DNA of 60,463 bases, filler included. It is 7 parts of 7 records of this genome, joined end to end, with 100 filler letters (N's around TTAATTAATTAA, not from the genome) between each part and the next. Parts side by side here need not be neighbours in the genome. Positions count along the whole stretch, not along the records: positions 1 to 13,564 come from SRR31156797_57740; 6 more parts are not named here. One strand, given 5' to 3'. Shown in pieces: positions 1-9,569 of the stretch. The stretch's first letter is position 1; every line of letters begins with the position of its first letter. Position numbers and translations under genes: made by a program. The notes beneath the pieces are model-generated. The model saw only the letters and a program-made list of their open reading frames with translations, ran no database searches and had not been told where the DNA came from.

Positions 1-366
1 CAGGTCGTAGACCGGCACGCCCAGGGCCTTGCCGACGATGTCGAGGCAGGCGAATTCGAGGGCGGCGAGCATCTGGGTGCGGTTGTTGTAGAGACTGGCC
101 GTCGGGTTGGCGATCTTCCAGCGCAGGGCCTCGAGCTCGAAGGGGTTGTGGCCTTTCAGATAGGGCAGCAGGCCGCGAAAGGCCGCCTCGGCGCTCTCGC
201 CGCCGCCGCCCATCTCGCCCAGACCGATCAGCCCCTGGTCGGTTTCGACCTCGACGATGGTCCGCACGAAACGTCCCCAGTGGCACCCGTTCGAATGCCG
301 GAGCGCCGCCTTCAGCGGGACGGTGACGGTGGTCGGACGGATATCGACGATTTTCTGGCGAGCCAT
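1..366 (-). CDS. Enolase-superfamily enzyme (mandelate racemase/glucarate dehydratase-like), N-terminal part, truncated by the window edge
   Basis: Not in the ORF track. Manual translation from ATG 366 gives [51 protein letters not shown]...[22 protein letters not shown], which matches the MR/MLE N-terminal capping domain (VEVETDxGxxGxGE; A-D-x-x-GK-x-LGVPVY-x-L). Confidence 0.88.
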   Translation of the reverse strand, partial: MARQKIVDIRPTTVTVPLKAALRHSNGCHWGRFVRTIVEVETDQGLIGLGEMGGGGESAEAAFRGLLPYLKGHNPFELEALRWKIANPTASLYNNRTQMLAALEFACLDIVGKALGVPVYDL

Positions 367-393
367 GGGAAATCCTTTTTTGGTTATTTTAAG

Positions 394-1128
394 TCAAGCG
401 TCATCGGAAAACAGATGCGGCATTTCTTTCTGAAACTTCTCCAACACGGCCAGAATGCCGGAAAGGTGTTCCCGAAGCACGGCCTCGGCCCTGGGCAGGT
501 CGCGGGCACCGACGGCATCGGCGATGGCCTCGTGGTGGCCGATCAGGTGAAACAGCGGTGATGCCTTCGGCAGGCTGAGATAGCGCACACGGTCCATATG
601 CCCCTTCTCGCCCTCGATTACACGCCAGGCCCGCTCGCGGCCGACGCCAATCGCCATTTTGTGGTGGAAGCCTTCGTCGTGGATCAGGAATTCGTCGAAA
701 TCCTCGTCTTCGGCGGCCAGGCGCTGACGATCGATGAGAACCTGCAATTCGTCGACCAGTCCGGGGACCGGGTTGCGGCAGGCCTCGCGGACGACCGCCA
801 CCTCCAGCGCCTCGCGCACGAACTGGGCGTCGCGGACGGCTCTGGGCGAGATCTTGACGACGAAGGTTCCGCGTTGCGGCTGGACCTCGATCAATCCGGT
901 CCCGGCCAGCTTGATGAAGGCCTCGCGCACCGGTGTGCGGCTGACGCCCATCTGATTGGCCACCTCGTTCTCGGACAGCGACTGTCCGACGCCGATGCGC
1001 AGGCTGACGATGGCGTCGCGCAGCGCCCTGTAGATCTGCGGGGCGGTCGGCAGCCGCCGGTCAATCTTGGCCGGCAGTTCCAGTACCGCCGTTCGCGCAT
1101 CGATTCGTTCGATTTTTCCGCCTGCCAT
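394..1128 (-). CDS. GntR/FadR-family (FCD domain) transcriptional regulator, RspR/YdfH-like
   Basis: wHTH motif LSENEVANQMGVSRTPVREAF...PQRGTFV; FCD His residues (DEGFHH, HHEAIADA, LREHL). Confidence 0.92.
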   Translation of the reverse strand: MAGGKIERIDARTAVLELPAKIDRRLPTAPQIYRALRDAIVSLRIGVGQSLSENEVANQMGVSRTPVREAFIKLAGTGLIEVQPQRGTFVVKISPRAVRDAQFVREALEVAVVREACRNPVPGLVDELQVLIDRQRLAAEDEDFDEFLIHDEGFHHKMAIGVGRERAWRVIEGEKGHMDRVRYLSLPKASPLFHLIGHHEAIADAVGARDLPRAEAVLREHLSGILAVLEKFQKEMPHLFSDDA

Positions 1129-1137
1129 CTGTCGCCC

Positions 1138-2415
1138 CTACATCAATAGGCGCGGCAGGAACAGGACGATGTCGGGCAACATCGCCAACGCCACGACCAG
1201 GATCAGAACCGCCGCCGTGAATGGCAGGGATTCGACAATATATTCGTCGGTGGGACATTTAAGAAGCCCGCACACCGTATACATGGCGACCCCGACCGGC
1301 GGCGTCATGCTGCCCAGCGTCACCACCGTCATCATCAGGATTCCGAAATGCACCGGGTCGAACCCCAGTTGCGTGATCATCGGCACGAAGATCGGGGTCA
1401 GCAAAAGCACATTGACCGTGCTTTCGACGAACATCCCGCAGACGACCAGGAACAGCAGGATCAGGAACAGCAGCACGGTCGGGTTTTCGGACAGGCCGGT
1501 GACAAAGGCGGCCAGCGATTGCGGCACCTGCTGGAAAATGATGGCGTAGCCCAACATCGACGACAGCATGATGATGAGCATGATCATGCCGATGTCGGAG
1601 ATGCTTTGGTCCAGCACCTCGAAGACCTTGGCCCAGGTCAATTCCTTGAACACGAACTGGCCGATGATATAGGCGTAGACGACGGCGAAGGCGCCGGCCT
1701 CGGACGGTGTGAAAACACCGAACCGGATGCCGCCGACCAGAATGACCGGGAACAGAAGCGCCCACTTGGCTTCGTTGAGCCCGTGGATGACTTCGCGGAA
1801 GGTCGGCCGGCGGTCGGTTTCGGGTTCATAACCGCGGCGCTTGGCAATCGTATAGGCCATCGCCATCAGGACGAAGGTCATCAACAGGCCGGGAATGATG
1901 CCGGCCAGGAACAGCCGCCCAATCGAAACGTTGCCGACGAAACCGTAGAGGATCAGGCCGATGCTGGGCGGGATGGTGGCGGTGATCAGCGAACTCAGCG
2001 CGATAACGCCGCCGGTATAGCCCCTGGTGAACCCCTTCGCGATCATCGACGGCCCCAGAATGCGCGCCTCCATGGCGGCATCGGCGACCGCCGCGCCCGA
2101 GACGCCGCCCATCATCGCGCTTAGAACGATGCTGACATGGGCCAGCCCGCCGACCATCCAACCGGTGATCGTGGTGGCGAACGAAATCAGGCGCGTGGTG
2201 ATGCCGGTGGCGTTCATCAGGTTGCCGGCCAACACGAAAAACGGCACGGCCAACAGGGGGAAGGCCTGGGTCGAACTGGCGATCCGCTGGACGCTGATCG
2301 AAACCGGGATGAAATCGGAATTCAGGAAAAACAGGAAACTGGCCAGACCGATGGAAAAAGCGATCGGCATGCCGAGCAGCATGAGGACGACGAAGACGGT
2401 GACGATCAGCAGCAT
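1138..2415 (-). CDS. dctM: TRAP transporter large permease
   Basis: Start re-called at MLLIVTVFVV (ATG 2415, just after the dctQ stop). Motifs FPLLAVPFF, GGVSGAAVAD, TIPPSI, TPSEA, DPVHFG, TPPVG. Confidence 0.93.
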   Translation of the reverse strand: MLLIVTVFVVLMLLGMPIAFSIGLASFLFFLNSDFIPVSISVQRIASSTQAFPLLAVPFFVLAGNLMNATGITTRLISFATTITGWMVGGLAHVSIVLSAMMGGVSGAAVADAAMEARILGPSMIAKGFTRGYTGGVIALSSLITATIPPSIGLILYGFVGNVSIGRLFLAGIIPGLLMTFVLMAMAYTIAKRRGYEPETDRRPTFREVIHGLNEAKWALLFPVILVGGIRFGVFTPSEAGAFAVVYAYIIGQFVFKELTWAKVFEVLDQSISDIGMIMLIIMLSSMLGYAIIFQQVPQSLAAFVTGLSENPTVLLFLILLFLVVCGMFVESTVNVLLLTPIFVPMITQLGFDPVHFGILMMTVVTLGSMTPPVGVAMYTVCGLLKCPTDEYIVESLPFTAAVLILVVALAMLPDIVLFLPRLLM

Positions 2416-2417
2416 GC

Positions 2418-2924
2418 CTAGGCCTCCGATCCGTCGGACGGACCGGACCGGTCCGGCGCCATGAAGCGCGGCAGGCGGATCTGCCTGATCAATGTGACCA
2501 GAAGAAGCAGCGAGCCGACGGGAACGGCCGCCGTCACCCAGGCGTAGCTGAGATCGGTGTCGCTGAACCGGCGCTCGACATTCAGCAAGGTCAGATCGAC
2601 CCCGAACCAGACGATGAAACCGAGAAAAAGCAGGATAAGAAAATGATGGATCGCATTGATGGCCTTTTGAATGCGTTCCGGCAAGTAGCGGACGAGAAAA
2701 TCGACGCCGACATGTTCGCCGCGGCGCAGGGCCTGGTTGGCCCCGAAAAAGCAAACCCAGACGAAAAGAAGCTGCGCGATGTCGACCGACCATACGATCG
2801 GGTGACCGATCCAACGGGCCAACGAAGCGACAAACACCAACACCACCGTTGCCAACAAAAGAATTTTGGACAGTCTTTCTTCGAATTTTTCCAGCGCCTG
2901 AACCATCAACGGTTTCCTGGCCAT
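2418..2924 (-). CDS. dctQ: TRAP transporter small permease
   Basis: 168 aa, about four TM helices, 'WSVDIAQLLFVW..FFGA...GEHVGVD' motif; lies between dctP and dctM. Confidence 0.9.
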   Translation of the reverse strand: MARKPLMVQALEKFEERLSKILLLATVVLVFVASLARWIGHPIVWSVDIAQLLFVWVCFFGANQALRRGEHVGVDFLVRYLPERIQKAINAIHHFLILLFLGFIVWFGVDLTLLNVERRFSDTDLSYAWVTAAVPVGSLLLLVTLIRQIRLPRFMAPDRSGPSDGSEA

Positions 2925-2948
2925 CTGTCGGGCCGATTGAACTTATGC

Positions 2949-2990
2949 AAAAAAAGGGGCGCCGGCCGACCCCTCCGCAGCCGGCGCCCA
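2949..2990 (-). terminator. Intra-operon GC-rich hairpin with U-tract after dctP (attenuator or mRNA stabiliser)
   Basis: gggcgccggc / gccggcgccc inverted repeat, followed on the minus strand by T7. Confidence 0.65.
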
Positions 2991-3001
2991 CACATCGGGA
3001 G

Positions 3002-3979
3002 TTACTTTAATACGGCCTGAACTTGCGCGCGCAAGTCCGAAAGACCCAACTTGTCATAAACGGCCTTGGTGTTTTCCTTGAACGGGGTCAGGTCGGGCTT
3101 GGCGAATTTGACGCCGGCCTTCTCCATCAACGCCTGGTAGTTGGCCAGCGAATCGATGGTCTTGTTCGATGCGAAGTCGCCCGCCGCCAACGCTTCGGCA
3201 AGCACCACGTCCTGGTGCTTCTTGGGCAGCGAGTCGAACCACTGGGCGCTGGTCACCAAGCCGGTGATCAGGAAAAAGTGACCGGTCAGGGTGATGTCGC
3301 TGACGACTTCATAGAGCTTCGAGCCGTAGACGGCCGGCAACTGTGCCTCGGCGGCGTCGATCACCTTCTGATTGATCGCCGTATAGACTTCGGTCCAGCC
3401 CATCGGGGTCGGCGTCGCACCCATGGCGCGGATGGTTTCCATCCACACCGGTGCGCCCGGCGTGCGCATGCGGATGCCGCTGAGATCGGCCGGAACACTG
3501 ATCGGCTTGTTGGTCAGCAGATGGCGCTGGCCCTGGTACCAGTTGAAGGACAGGATCTTGTGACCCGACGCCTTCTTCAGCTTGTCCGACCAGCCCTGGA
3601 ACAGATCGGAGGTGACGACCTTGCGCATCTGATCGAAATTGTCGACCAGATACGGAGCCGCGAGAATACCGAGTTCGGGCGCGAATTCGGCCAGACGGCC
3701 GCCGTCGACGAGCACCGCGACATTGGCGCCGGCGCGGGCCTGTTCGAGGACGTCCTCGTCCTTGCCCAACTGCGAACCCGAGAACAAACGGATCTCGACT
3801 TCACCGCCGGTTTTGTCCTGAACGTTCTTCTGGAACTGCAACAACCCCTTGTACATGGGATCGTCGGTCGTCAACGCGGTATTGACGCCGAGAGTCCAGC
3901 TGGCGGCATAAGCGGAGCCGCAAAAGGCCATGACCGCCGCTACGGCCGCGATCGAAATACCCTTCCTGTGATGTGACAT
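3002..3979 (-). CDS. dctP: TRAP transporter substrate-binding protein
   Basis: Signal peptide ending AYA; SQLGKDEDVLEQ; conserved carboxylate-binding Arg in DLSGIRMRTP; WTEVYTAINQKVIDAAE. Confidence 0.93.
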   Translation of the reverse strand: MSHHRKGISIAAVAAVMAFCGSAYAASWTLGVNTALTTDDPMYKGLLQFQKNVQDKTGGEVEIRLFSGSQLGKDEDVLEQARAGANVAVLVDGGRLAEFAPELGILAAPYLVDNFDQMRKVVTSDLFQGWSDKLKKASGHKILSFNWYQGQRHLLTNKPISVPADLSGIRMRTPGAPVWMETIRAMGATPTPMGWTEVYTAINQKVIDAAEAQLPAVYGSKLYEVVSDITLTGHFFLITGLVTSAQWFDSLPKKHQDVVLAEALAAGDFASNKTIDSLANYQALMEKAGVKFAKPDLTPFKENTKAVYDKLGLSDLRAQVQAVLK

Positions 3980-4134
3980 GATGCCTCCTTGCGTGATGGG
4001 CCCCGGACCCGGCAGGCATTCGCCCGCCTATTATTTATCCGAAGCCACCGATACTGATGGTTCGAACCAACCCGGCCAGGCCGTGCCGTCGCGTTGCAAC
4101 GGTCGGCCGGCAGCTTCAGAGGGGAATCCCTCTA

Positions 4135-4172
4135 TGCATGGTATACTACCATACAAGTATTCATGCGGTCAA
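4135..4172 (-). promoter_or_regulatory. Putative sigma70 promoter of the TRAP operon, overlapped by a GntR-type palindromic operator
   Basis: Minus strand TTGACC-N18-TAGTAT with TG extended -10. Palindrome TGCATGGTATACTACCATACA (4135-4155, core ATGGTA-N3-TACCAT) covers the -10. Confidence 0.6.
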
Positions 4173-4243
4173 TGCGAGGCTGGAAAAACCCCTCCAAATC
4201 TGCCGCCGGAACACTTAAATTACTCATCAAGGGGGTGCATCGG

Positions 4244-4444
4244 ATGCGCAGACGGTTTTTCTTCGGGATGATGGTGGTTGTGGCCTTGATATGGGGCCCG
4301 ATGTGGATGTGGGACCATTTAGAGGTGGAAGGCCAAATCGCCAACACCGCCCTGCGGCTTTCGATGATCGGCGGCGTCGCGCTGGGCGGATACCTGTTGT
4401 GGACCATCGTCATGCAGGCCCTGTTGGGTCACGACGACGACTAA
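4244..4444 (+). CDS. Small (66 aa) two-TM membrane protein, unknown function
   Basis: MRRRFFFGMMVVVALIWG...LLWTIVMQALLGHDDD with two hydrophobic segments; purine-rich RBS-like sequence upstream; directly precedes the YkgJ-type gene. Confidence 0.6.
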   Translation: MRRRFFFGMMVVVALIWGPMWMWDHLEVEGQIANTALRLSMIGGVALGGYLLWTIVMQALLGHDDD

Positions 4445-4460
4445 CGGGGAGAGCAAGACC

Positions 4461-5168
4461 GTGCCCGCACCCGACGATCCCGACATTCAAACGCCCGAAG
4501 GGCGGGCCGAGCTTCAGCGCATGAGCGCCGCCCTGTTCCGCGAAACGGCGGCCGGGCTGGTCACCCTGAGAAATGCCGGTTTGAGCGATTTCGAGATCCT
4601 GACGTGTGAAACGAAAGCGGCCTATGCCCGCTTCGACGATACCGCCGGCGCCATGGAACCGCGTCCGATCGCCTGCGGCAAGGGATGCGCGGCGTGCTGT
4701 TACCTGACCGTCAGCGCCAGTTTCGGCGAAGCCGTGACGGTGGCCGCATATGTGCGCGACAAACGCCCCGATTTGATCGGTAAACTTGAAAAAACGGCCG
4801 TTACGGTGAGCGGCCATGCGACCCGGAACCAGCGATTTCGCGCTGCCATTCCCTGTGCCTTTCTGGAAGAAAGCGGGGCCTGTGCGATCTATCCGGTCCG
4901 CCCCATGGGATGCCGGGCGGCCCATTCGCCGGACGCCGATCTGTGCGGTCCGTTCAACGATCCCGAAGGCGTCAACAAGATCCCGCAGCATGACGAAACC
5001 CGGGCCGCGGCAATCGCCTCGATACTGGAGGTGACGGTGCTGAGCAACCTGGTGACCGAACGGCCGCGCACCGGCGAATTCCTCAACGGCGTCGTCTGCG
5101 CCCTGGAAGCGCACGATACCGGCACGTTCGCCCCGTTCGACGATTGGTTCGCCCATCAAGACGAGTGA
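4461..5168 (+). CDS. YkgJ-family (CxxxCxxCC) putative Fe/Zn-binding cysteine-cluster protein
   Basis: ACGKGCAACC and CAFLEESGACAIYPVRPMGCR motifs. Confidence 0.85.
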   Translation: MPAPDDPDIQTPEGRAELQRMSAALFRETAAGLVTLRNAGLSDFEILTCETKAAYARFDDTAGAMEPRPIACGKGCAACCYLTVSASFGEAVTVAAYVRDKRPDLIGKLEKTAVTVSGHATRNQRFRAAIPCAFLEESGACAIYPVRPMGCRAAHSPDADLCGPFNDPEGVNKIPQHDETRAAAIASILEVTVLSNLVTERPRTGEFLNGVVCALEAHDTGTFAPFDDWFAHQDE

Positions 5169-5360
5169 CGCCCGGCCAATTGGGCGAGAGGCCGATCATA
5201 TCGCCCTATTCCGTTCCCAAGAACCCGCCGGTTTGTCACAAAAAAAACGCACCTTGAAAAAATCCGGCAAAACCAGCCGCCCCTCGGCACCGTCATTGAC
5301 ATCGCGCGCGGTCGGGCCCATGCCTGCCGCGAGTGAAATTGCGAGGTTCCGAGCCGGGGC

Positions 5361-6569
5361 ATGATGCGATCCTATCTGACGCTGTTGCGCGACGAGCGCC
5401 CGGCCGTGCTGTTCGGCTTTGCCTGCGCCTTCCTATCGAGCCCCGGCCAGACCTATTTCATCTCGGTCTTCATCGGTTTCATTGGCGAAAGCCTGGGACT
5501 CGGCGCGGCGGAATTGGGGTCGATCTACCTGATCGCCACCCTCGGCGCCGCGAGCCTGCTGCCGGTGACCGGCCATTGGCTCGACCGCATCGACTTGCGC
5601 CGCTACACCGTGTTCGTCATGGCCGGATTGGCGGTTGCCTGCGGCATCATGGCGGTGGTCAGTGGCCCGGTCGGTCTGTTCGCCGGCTTTCTGTTGCTGC
5701 GGCTGACCGGTCAAGGACTGATGGCGCATGTGGCGGTGACCTCGGTCGCCCGTTATTTCACCGATCATCGGGGCCGCGCGCTGTCCCTGGTCGCCCTGGG
5801 TTTTCCGCTGGCCGTCGGCACCACGCCCGCGATCGCGGTGGTGATGATCGCTGCCCTTGGCTGGCAGTTGAGCTATGCCGTCGTCGGCGCGGCCGTACTG
5901 CTGATCGCCCTGCCGATGCTGATCCGCCTGATTTGGCATGCACCCCGGTTCACCGATCCGCCTGCCCCGGAGACGCCGGGGCGGCCGCCACGCGCGCTGG
6001 ATGGGCTCCGGATCGTCGTCCGCACGCGGTTCTTCTGGTACGCCTTGCCGGCGTTGATTTACATGCCGTTCACCGCGACCGCCCTGATCTTCCACATTCA
6101 GGCCATAGCCGGCATACGGGGCTGGTCGAATGAGCTCGTCGCGGCCGGGTTTACCCTGTTTTCCATCGGTCTTGGAGGTGGGCTGCTGCTGGCTGGCGAG
6201 TTGGTCGACCGCCTCGGTGCCCGAGCCATGCTGTCCCTGATGAACGTGCCGGTGCTGGTCGGCATCGTCTTGCTGGGCACGGTTGATTCGGTGCTGGCGC
6301 TGACACTGTTTTTCGGTCTGATGGGCGTATCGTCCGGATTGACCCAGACGGCGGGCGCGGCCGTGTGGGTCGAGGTTTACGGCGTCGCCCAACTGGCAAC
6401 GATCCGCAGCTTTGCCGTAATGCTGGCGGTGGCGGGATCGGCGCTCGGCCCGGCCGCGATCGGCTTCATGCTCGATTCCGGAGCCTCCATCGCGACGGTT
6501 TCGGCCAGTCTGGCAGCGGGCGGATCGGCGGCAGCGCTGCTGGCGCTCGGCGCCCGACGCAACCGCTAA
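5361..6569 (+). CDS. MFS transporter
   Basis: About 12 hydrophobic segments; MFS motif-A-like GHWLDRIDLRR and GELVDRLGAR; SSPGQTYFIS. Confidence 0.9.
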   Translation: MMRSYLTLLRDERPAVLFGFACAFLSSPGQTYFISVFIGFIGESLGLGAAELGSIYLIATLGAASLLPVTGHWLDRIDLRRYTVFVMAGLAVACGIMAVVSGPVGLFAGFLLLRLTGQGLMAHVAVTSVARYFTDHRGRALSLVALGFPLAVGTTPAIAVVMIAALGWQLSYAVVGAAVLLIALPMLIRLIWHAPRFTDPPAPETPGRPPRALDGLRIVVRTRFFWYALPALIYMPFTATALIFHIQAIAGIRGWSNELVAAGFTLFSIGLGGGLLLAGELVDRLGARAMLSLMNVPVLVGIVLLGTVDSVLALTLFFGLMGVSSGLTQTAGAAVWVEVYGVAQLATIRSFAVMLAVAGSALGPAAIGFMLDSGASIATVSASLAAGGSAAALLALGARRNR

Positions 6570-9292
6570 GGCGATAGACCCGGCCTATCTTCGGTCAGCC
6601 GTTTGACTTCGTCCATGGCTTCGCCGAAGGCCTTCCAGTCGCCCTGCCGGAGCGCTTCTTCGGCGGCTTCGATACCGTCGCGGATTTGCGACAGAAGCCG
6701 GCCGGACGGATCGGTCCCGGGCGGCACCAGACCGGTTTCCGCGTTTGCCGGTTCAGAATCGCCGTCGCCGAAGACGACGCGAAGGGCGTCGTTCAGAGTT
6801 GCTTCCATCGCCACCGTGCTACCGTGGGCGACGATGACGCGCTTGAGCTGCGGCAGGTCGTTGATCTCGGCGATCAGGTAGACCGGCTCGACATAAAGAA
6901 TCGAGTGGTTGATCGGAATGACGAAGATGTTGCCACGGATGACCCGCGAGCCGCGCTGATCCCACAGGCTGAGCTGGCGTGAGATCAGGGTATCCTGGTC
7001 GATCAGGGCCTCGATCTGAAGAGGCCCGTAGATCAGCCTTTCCTTCGGAAATTTGTAGACGATCAGTTCGCCGTAACCGGGGAAATCGCTGCGGGCGCCC
7101 ATCCAGGCGATCATGTTGTCCTTGTTTTCGGGCGTCAGCGGAATCATCAAAAGGAACTGCAGTTTGGTTTCGCCGGGCAGCCGCATGAGGATGTAATACG
7201 GTTTCATCGGCGCCAGCTTGCCGCCGTATTTCTCCTCGGACAGGGTCCACAGGTCCTCGTTGTTGTAGAACACCTGCGGGATTTGCATGTGGTAGCGCTT
7301 GTATTTGCGGACCTGGGCGCTGAACAGGTCGCGCGGATAGCGAAGATGGCTTTTCAGGCTGGCCGGCATCGCGCTCAAGGGCTTGAACAGGCAGGGAAAG
7401 GCGGTGGAATAGGCCTTCAGAATCGGTTCATTTTCATCGATTGCATAAAAATCGACCGATCCGTCGTAGGCGTCGACAACGACCTTGACCGTATTGCGGA
7501 TGTAGTTGGCGCCGCGTTCGAACGGTTCGGAATAGGGGAAGTTTTCGGACACCGTATAGGCATCCTGGATCCAATAGACCCGGCCGTCGCCGACAACCAG
7601 ATAGGGATCGCCATCGAGGGTCAAAAACGGTGCCACCTTGTGGACGCGTTCGGCCACCGGCCGCCACATCTGAATGCGGCTTTCGGGCGTGATGTAGGAT
7701 GAAATCGCGATGTTGACGTCGAACCGGTTCCAGGCGAACAGAAGCCGCCGCCAATAGGACGACAGGGGGACGCCGCCGGTTCCTTCGTAATGGGCATAGA
7801 CGTTGGCGTCGCCGCGCGGGTAGTCGAATTCCTCGAGGCCGGAATTGACGATTTTGTAACCCGGCATTTTTTCGCCGTAGTAGATCGCCGGCTCGTCGAT
7901 TTTCAGGCCGCCCGTCACCACCGGCGGCAGATCCTTGACGACCAGCTTCGGCACTCCTTCGCCGGCGATGTCCTCGTGGGCGGCGAGGCTCATCGCCAGT
8001 CCGTAGCCGTGGGTATATTGCAGGATCCGATTGACCCAGGTGTCGGTCTGATCGGGAAGGCGCTCGGCCAATTCGCGGGAGCTCAAAAGAACCTGACGCA
8101 GTTCGCCGTCGAGCGTATAGCGGTCGACGTCGATGTTGTAGAATTCGTAGTAGAGGCGGATCTCCTGCATCTGCTTGTAGGTCTGGTTCAGGGGGCGCCA
8201 ATCCCACAGCCGGATATTGCTGAGCGTATCGGCGTTGTCGGCGATCTGTTCGAGCGTCAGATCGGTTATCGCCGGATAGGACCGTTCCTCGACGCGGTCG
8301 AGGTCGAAGGCGTAACGCGTAAACGCGATGTTGTGCTTGATGTATTCGGTCTCCAGTTCAAGCTCGTTCGGCTTGACGACAAACTGCTGGAACAAGGCCG
8401 GCGCGCCGAAAAGGGCAATCGCCGCCAACAGGATATAGCTGGCGACGCCCAGCAACGGCCATTGCAGGCGATTGCGAAGCGCGCCGGCGACAATGACGGC
8501 GATCAGGGCAACCGAGGCGCCGGCCATGATGCCCAACGCCGGCAGAACGACATGGACGTCGCTGTAACCGGGTCCGAATACCGATCCGGCCGATTCGAAC
8601 AAAAGATGGAAACGGTCCAGATAGTATCCCCATCCCCAGGCCAGCACGAACAGAACGGCGTTCGCCGACAGGGCCTGAAGGATCGGACGGCGCAGATCGG
8701 CATCGACCGCCCGCCAGTTCCTGAGCAGACCCAGTTGATGGTAGGTGACGAGATGGACGCCAAGCCCGATCAGCGCGACCAGAACCAGTTTGTCCTGAAG
8801 GGTATCGAGGAACGGCAGGGAGAAAACGTAGAAACCGGCATCGCGACCGAGGACGGGGTCCGGTCGCCCGAAGGACTGGACAAACGAGAAACGGACGAAG
8901 TCTTCCCAGGCACCGGAAAAGGAGGTCGCGATCAGCAGAGCGCCTAAAAACGGCAGCAGGATCGACGCCGCATGCATCGCCCAACCGGGGGTCGGATCGG
9001 GAGCGCCGCTCGCCCACGGCGCGGTCGCCGGAACGTTTGCCTGGGCCAGCGCCATATTGCGCTGCAGGACGACGCCGTTGATCCAGAAATAAAGCCCCGA
9101 CAGCAAAAACATGCAGGCGAACAGCCCGACCTGGGTCAGCCGGATGCGCCAGAACACCTGGCTATAGCCGAGTTCGCCCATCCATAACCATTCGACCGTC
9201 CAGCCAAGCAGGCCAAAGATGACGATCAGAACCAGCAGGCCAGCCGCTACACCGACCCAGAACCCGGCGTGTGTCTTGATGGATAACGGCAT
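6566..9292 (-). CDS. UPF0182 family membrane protein
   Basis: 908 aa; WLWMGELGYSQVF, DPVLGRDAGFYVFSLPF, NIRLWD, YTHGYG, NYIRNTVKVVVDAYDG, LRYPRDLF, LPQLKRVIV. Confidence 0.92.
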   Translation of the reverse strand: MPLSIKTHAGFWVGVAAGLLVLIVIFGLLGWTVEWLWMGELGYSQVFWRIRLTQVGLFACMFLLSGLYFWINGVVLQRNMALAQANVPATAPWASGAPDPTPGWAMHAASILLPFLGALLIATSFSGAWEDFVRFSFVQSFGRPDPVLGRDAGFYVFSLPFLDTLQDKLVLVALIGLGVHLVTYHQLGLLRNWRAVDADLRRPILQALSANAVLFVLAWGWGYYLDRFHLLFESAGSVFGPGYSDVHVVLPALGIMAGASVALIAVIVAGALRNRLQWPLLGVASYILLAAIALFGAPALFQQFVVKPNELELETEYIKHNIAFTRYAFDLDRVEERSYPAITDLTLEQIADNADTLSNIRLWDWRPLNQTYKQMQEIRLYYEFYNIDVDRYTLDGELRQVLLSSRELAERLPDQTDTWVNRILQYTHGYGLAMSLAAHEDIAGEGVPKLVVKDLPPVVTGGLKIDEPAIYYGEKMPGYKIVNSGLEEFDYPRGDANVYAHYEGTGGVPLSSYWRRLLFAWNRFDVNIAISSYITPESRIQMWRPVAERVHKVAPFLTLDGDPYLVVGDGRVYWIQDAYTVSENFPYSEPFERGANYIRNTVKVVVDAYDGSVDFYAIDENEPILKAYSTAFPCLFKPLSAMPASLKSHLRYPRDLFSAQVRKYKRYHMQIPQVFYNNEDLWTLSEEKYGGKLAPMKPYYILMRLPGETKLQFLLMIPLTPENKDNMIAWMGARSDFPGYGELIVYKFPKERLIYGPLQIEALIDQDTLISRQLSLWDQRGSRVIRGNIFVIPINHSILYVEPVYLIAEINDLPQLKRVIVAHGSTVAMEATLNDALRVVFGDGDSEPANAETGLVPPGTDPSGRLLSQIRDGIEAAEEALRQGDWKAFGEAMDEVKRLTEDRPGLSP

Positions 9293-9569
9293 TCGTCGCT
9301 CCCAGCAGCGTCGTTGCTATTGTTTAATATTAAAGGCCGCCGCCCAGGATCAGGACCGCGAAGTCCCGAAGCCATTTGAAAATGCTAGCATATTTCGAAT
9401 AACCATGCCATTAGATGGGGTGCCGGCGGCCGGCAACCGTTTCTCGTTTTCCCGGTTTTTGGCGTCGAAGCCCGTCTGACGACCGTGCCGGCAATCGCAG
9501 CGGCCCCCCGGTTCATTCGGTTGGAAACCGGCGGTGGCGGGCGGGCCGCGAAAGACGGATTCTCTGACA

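Noticed and set aside
2416-2991. N-terminal extension of the 617-aa ORF as a DctQ-DctM fusion
   Set aside because: The extension is an off-frame reading over the separate dctQ gene and lacks TM character; dctM starts at 2415.
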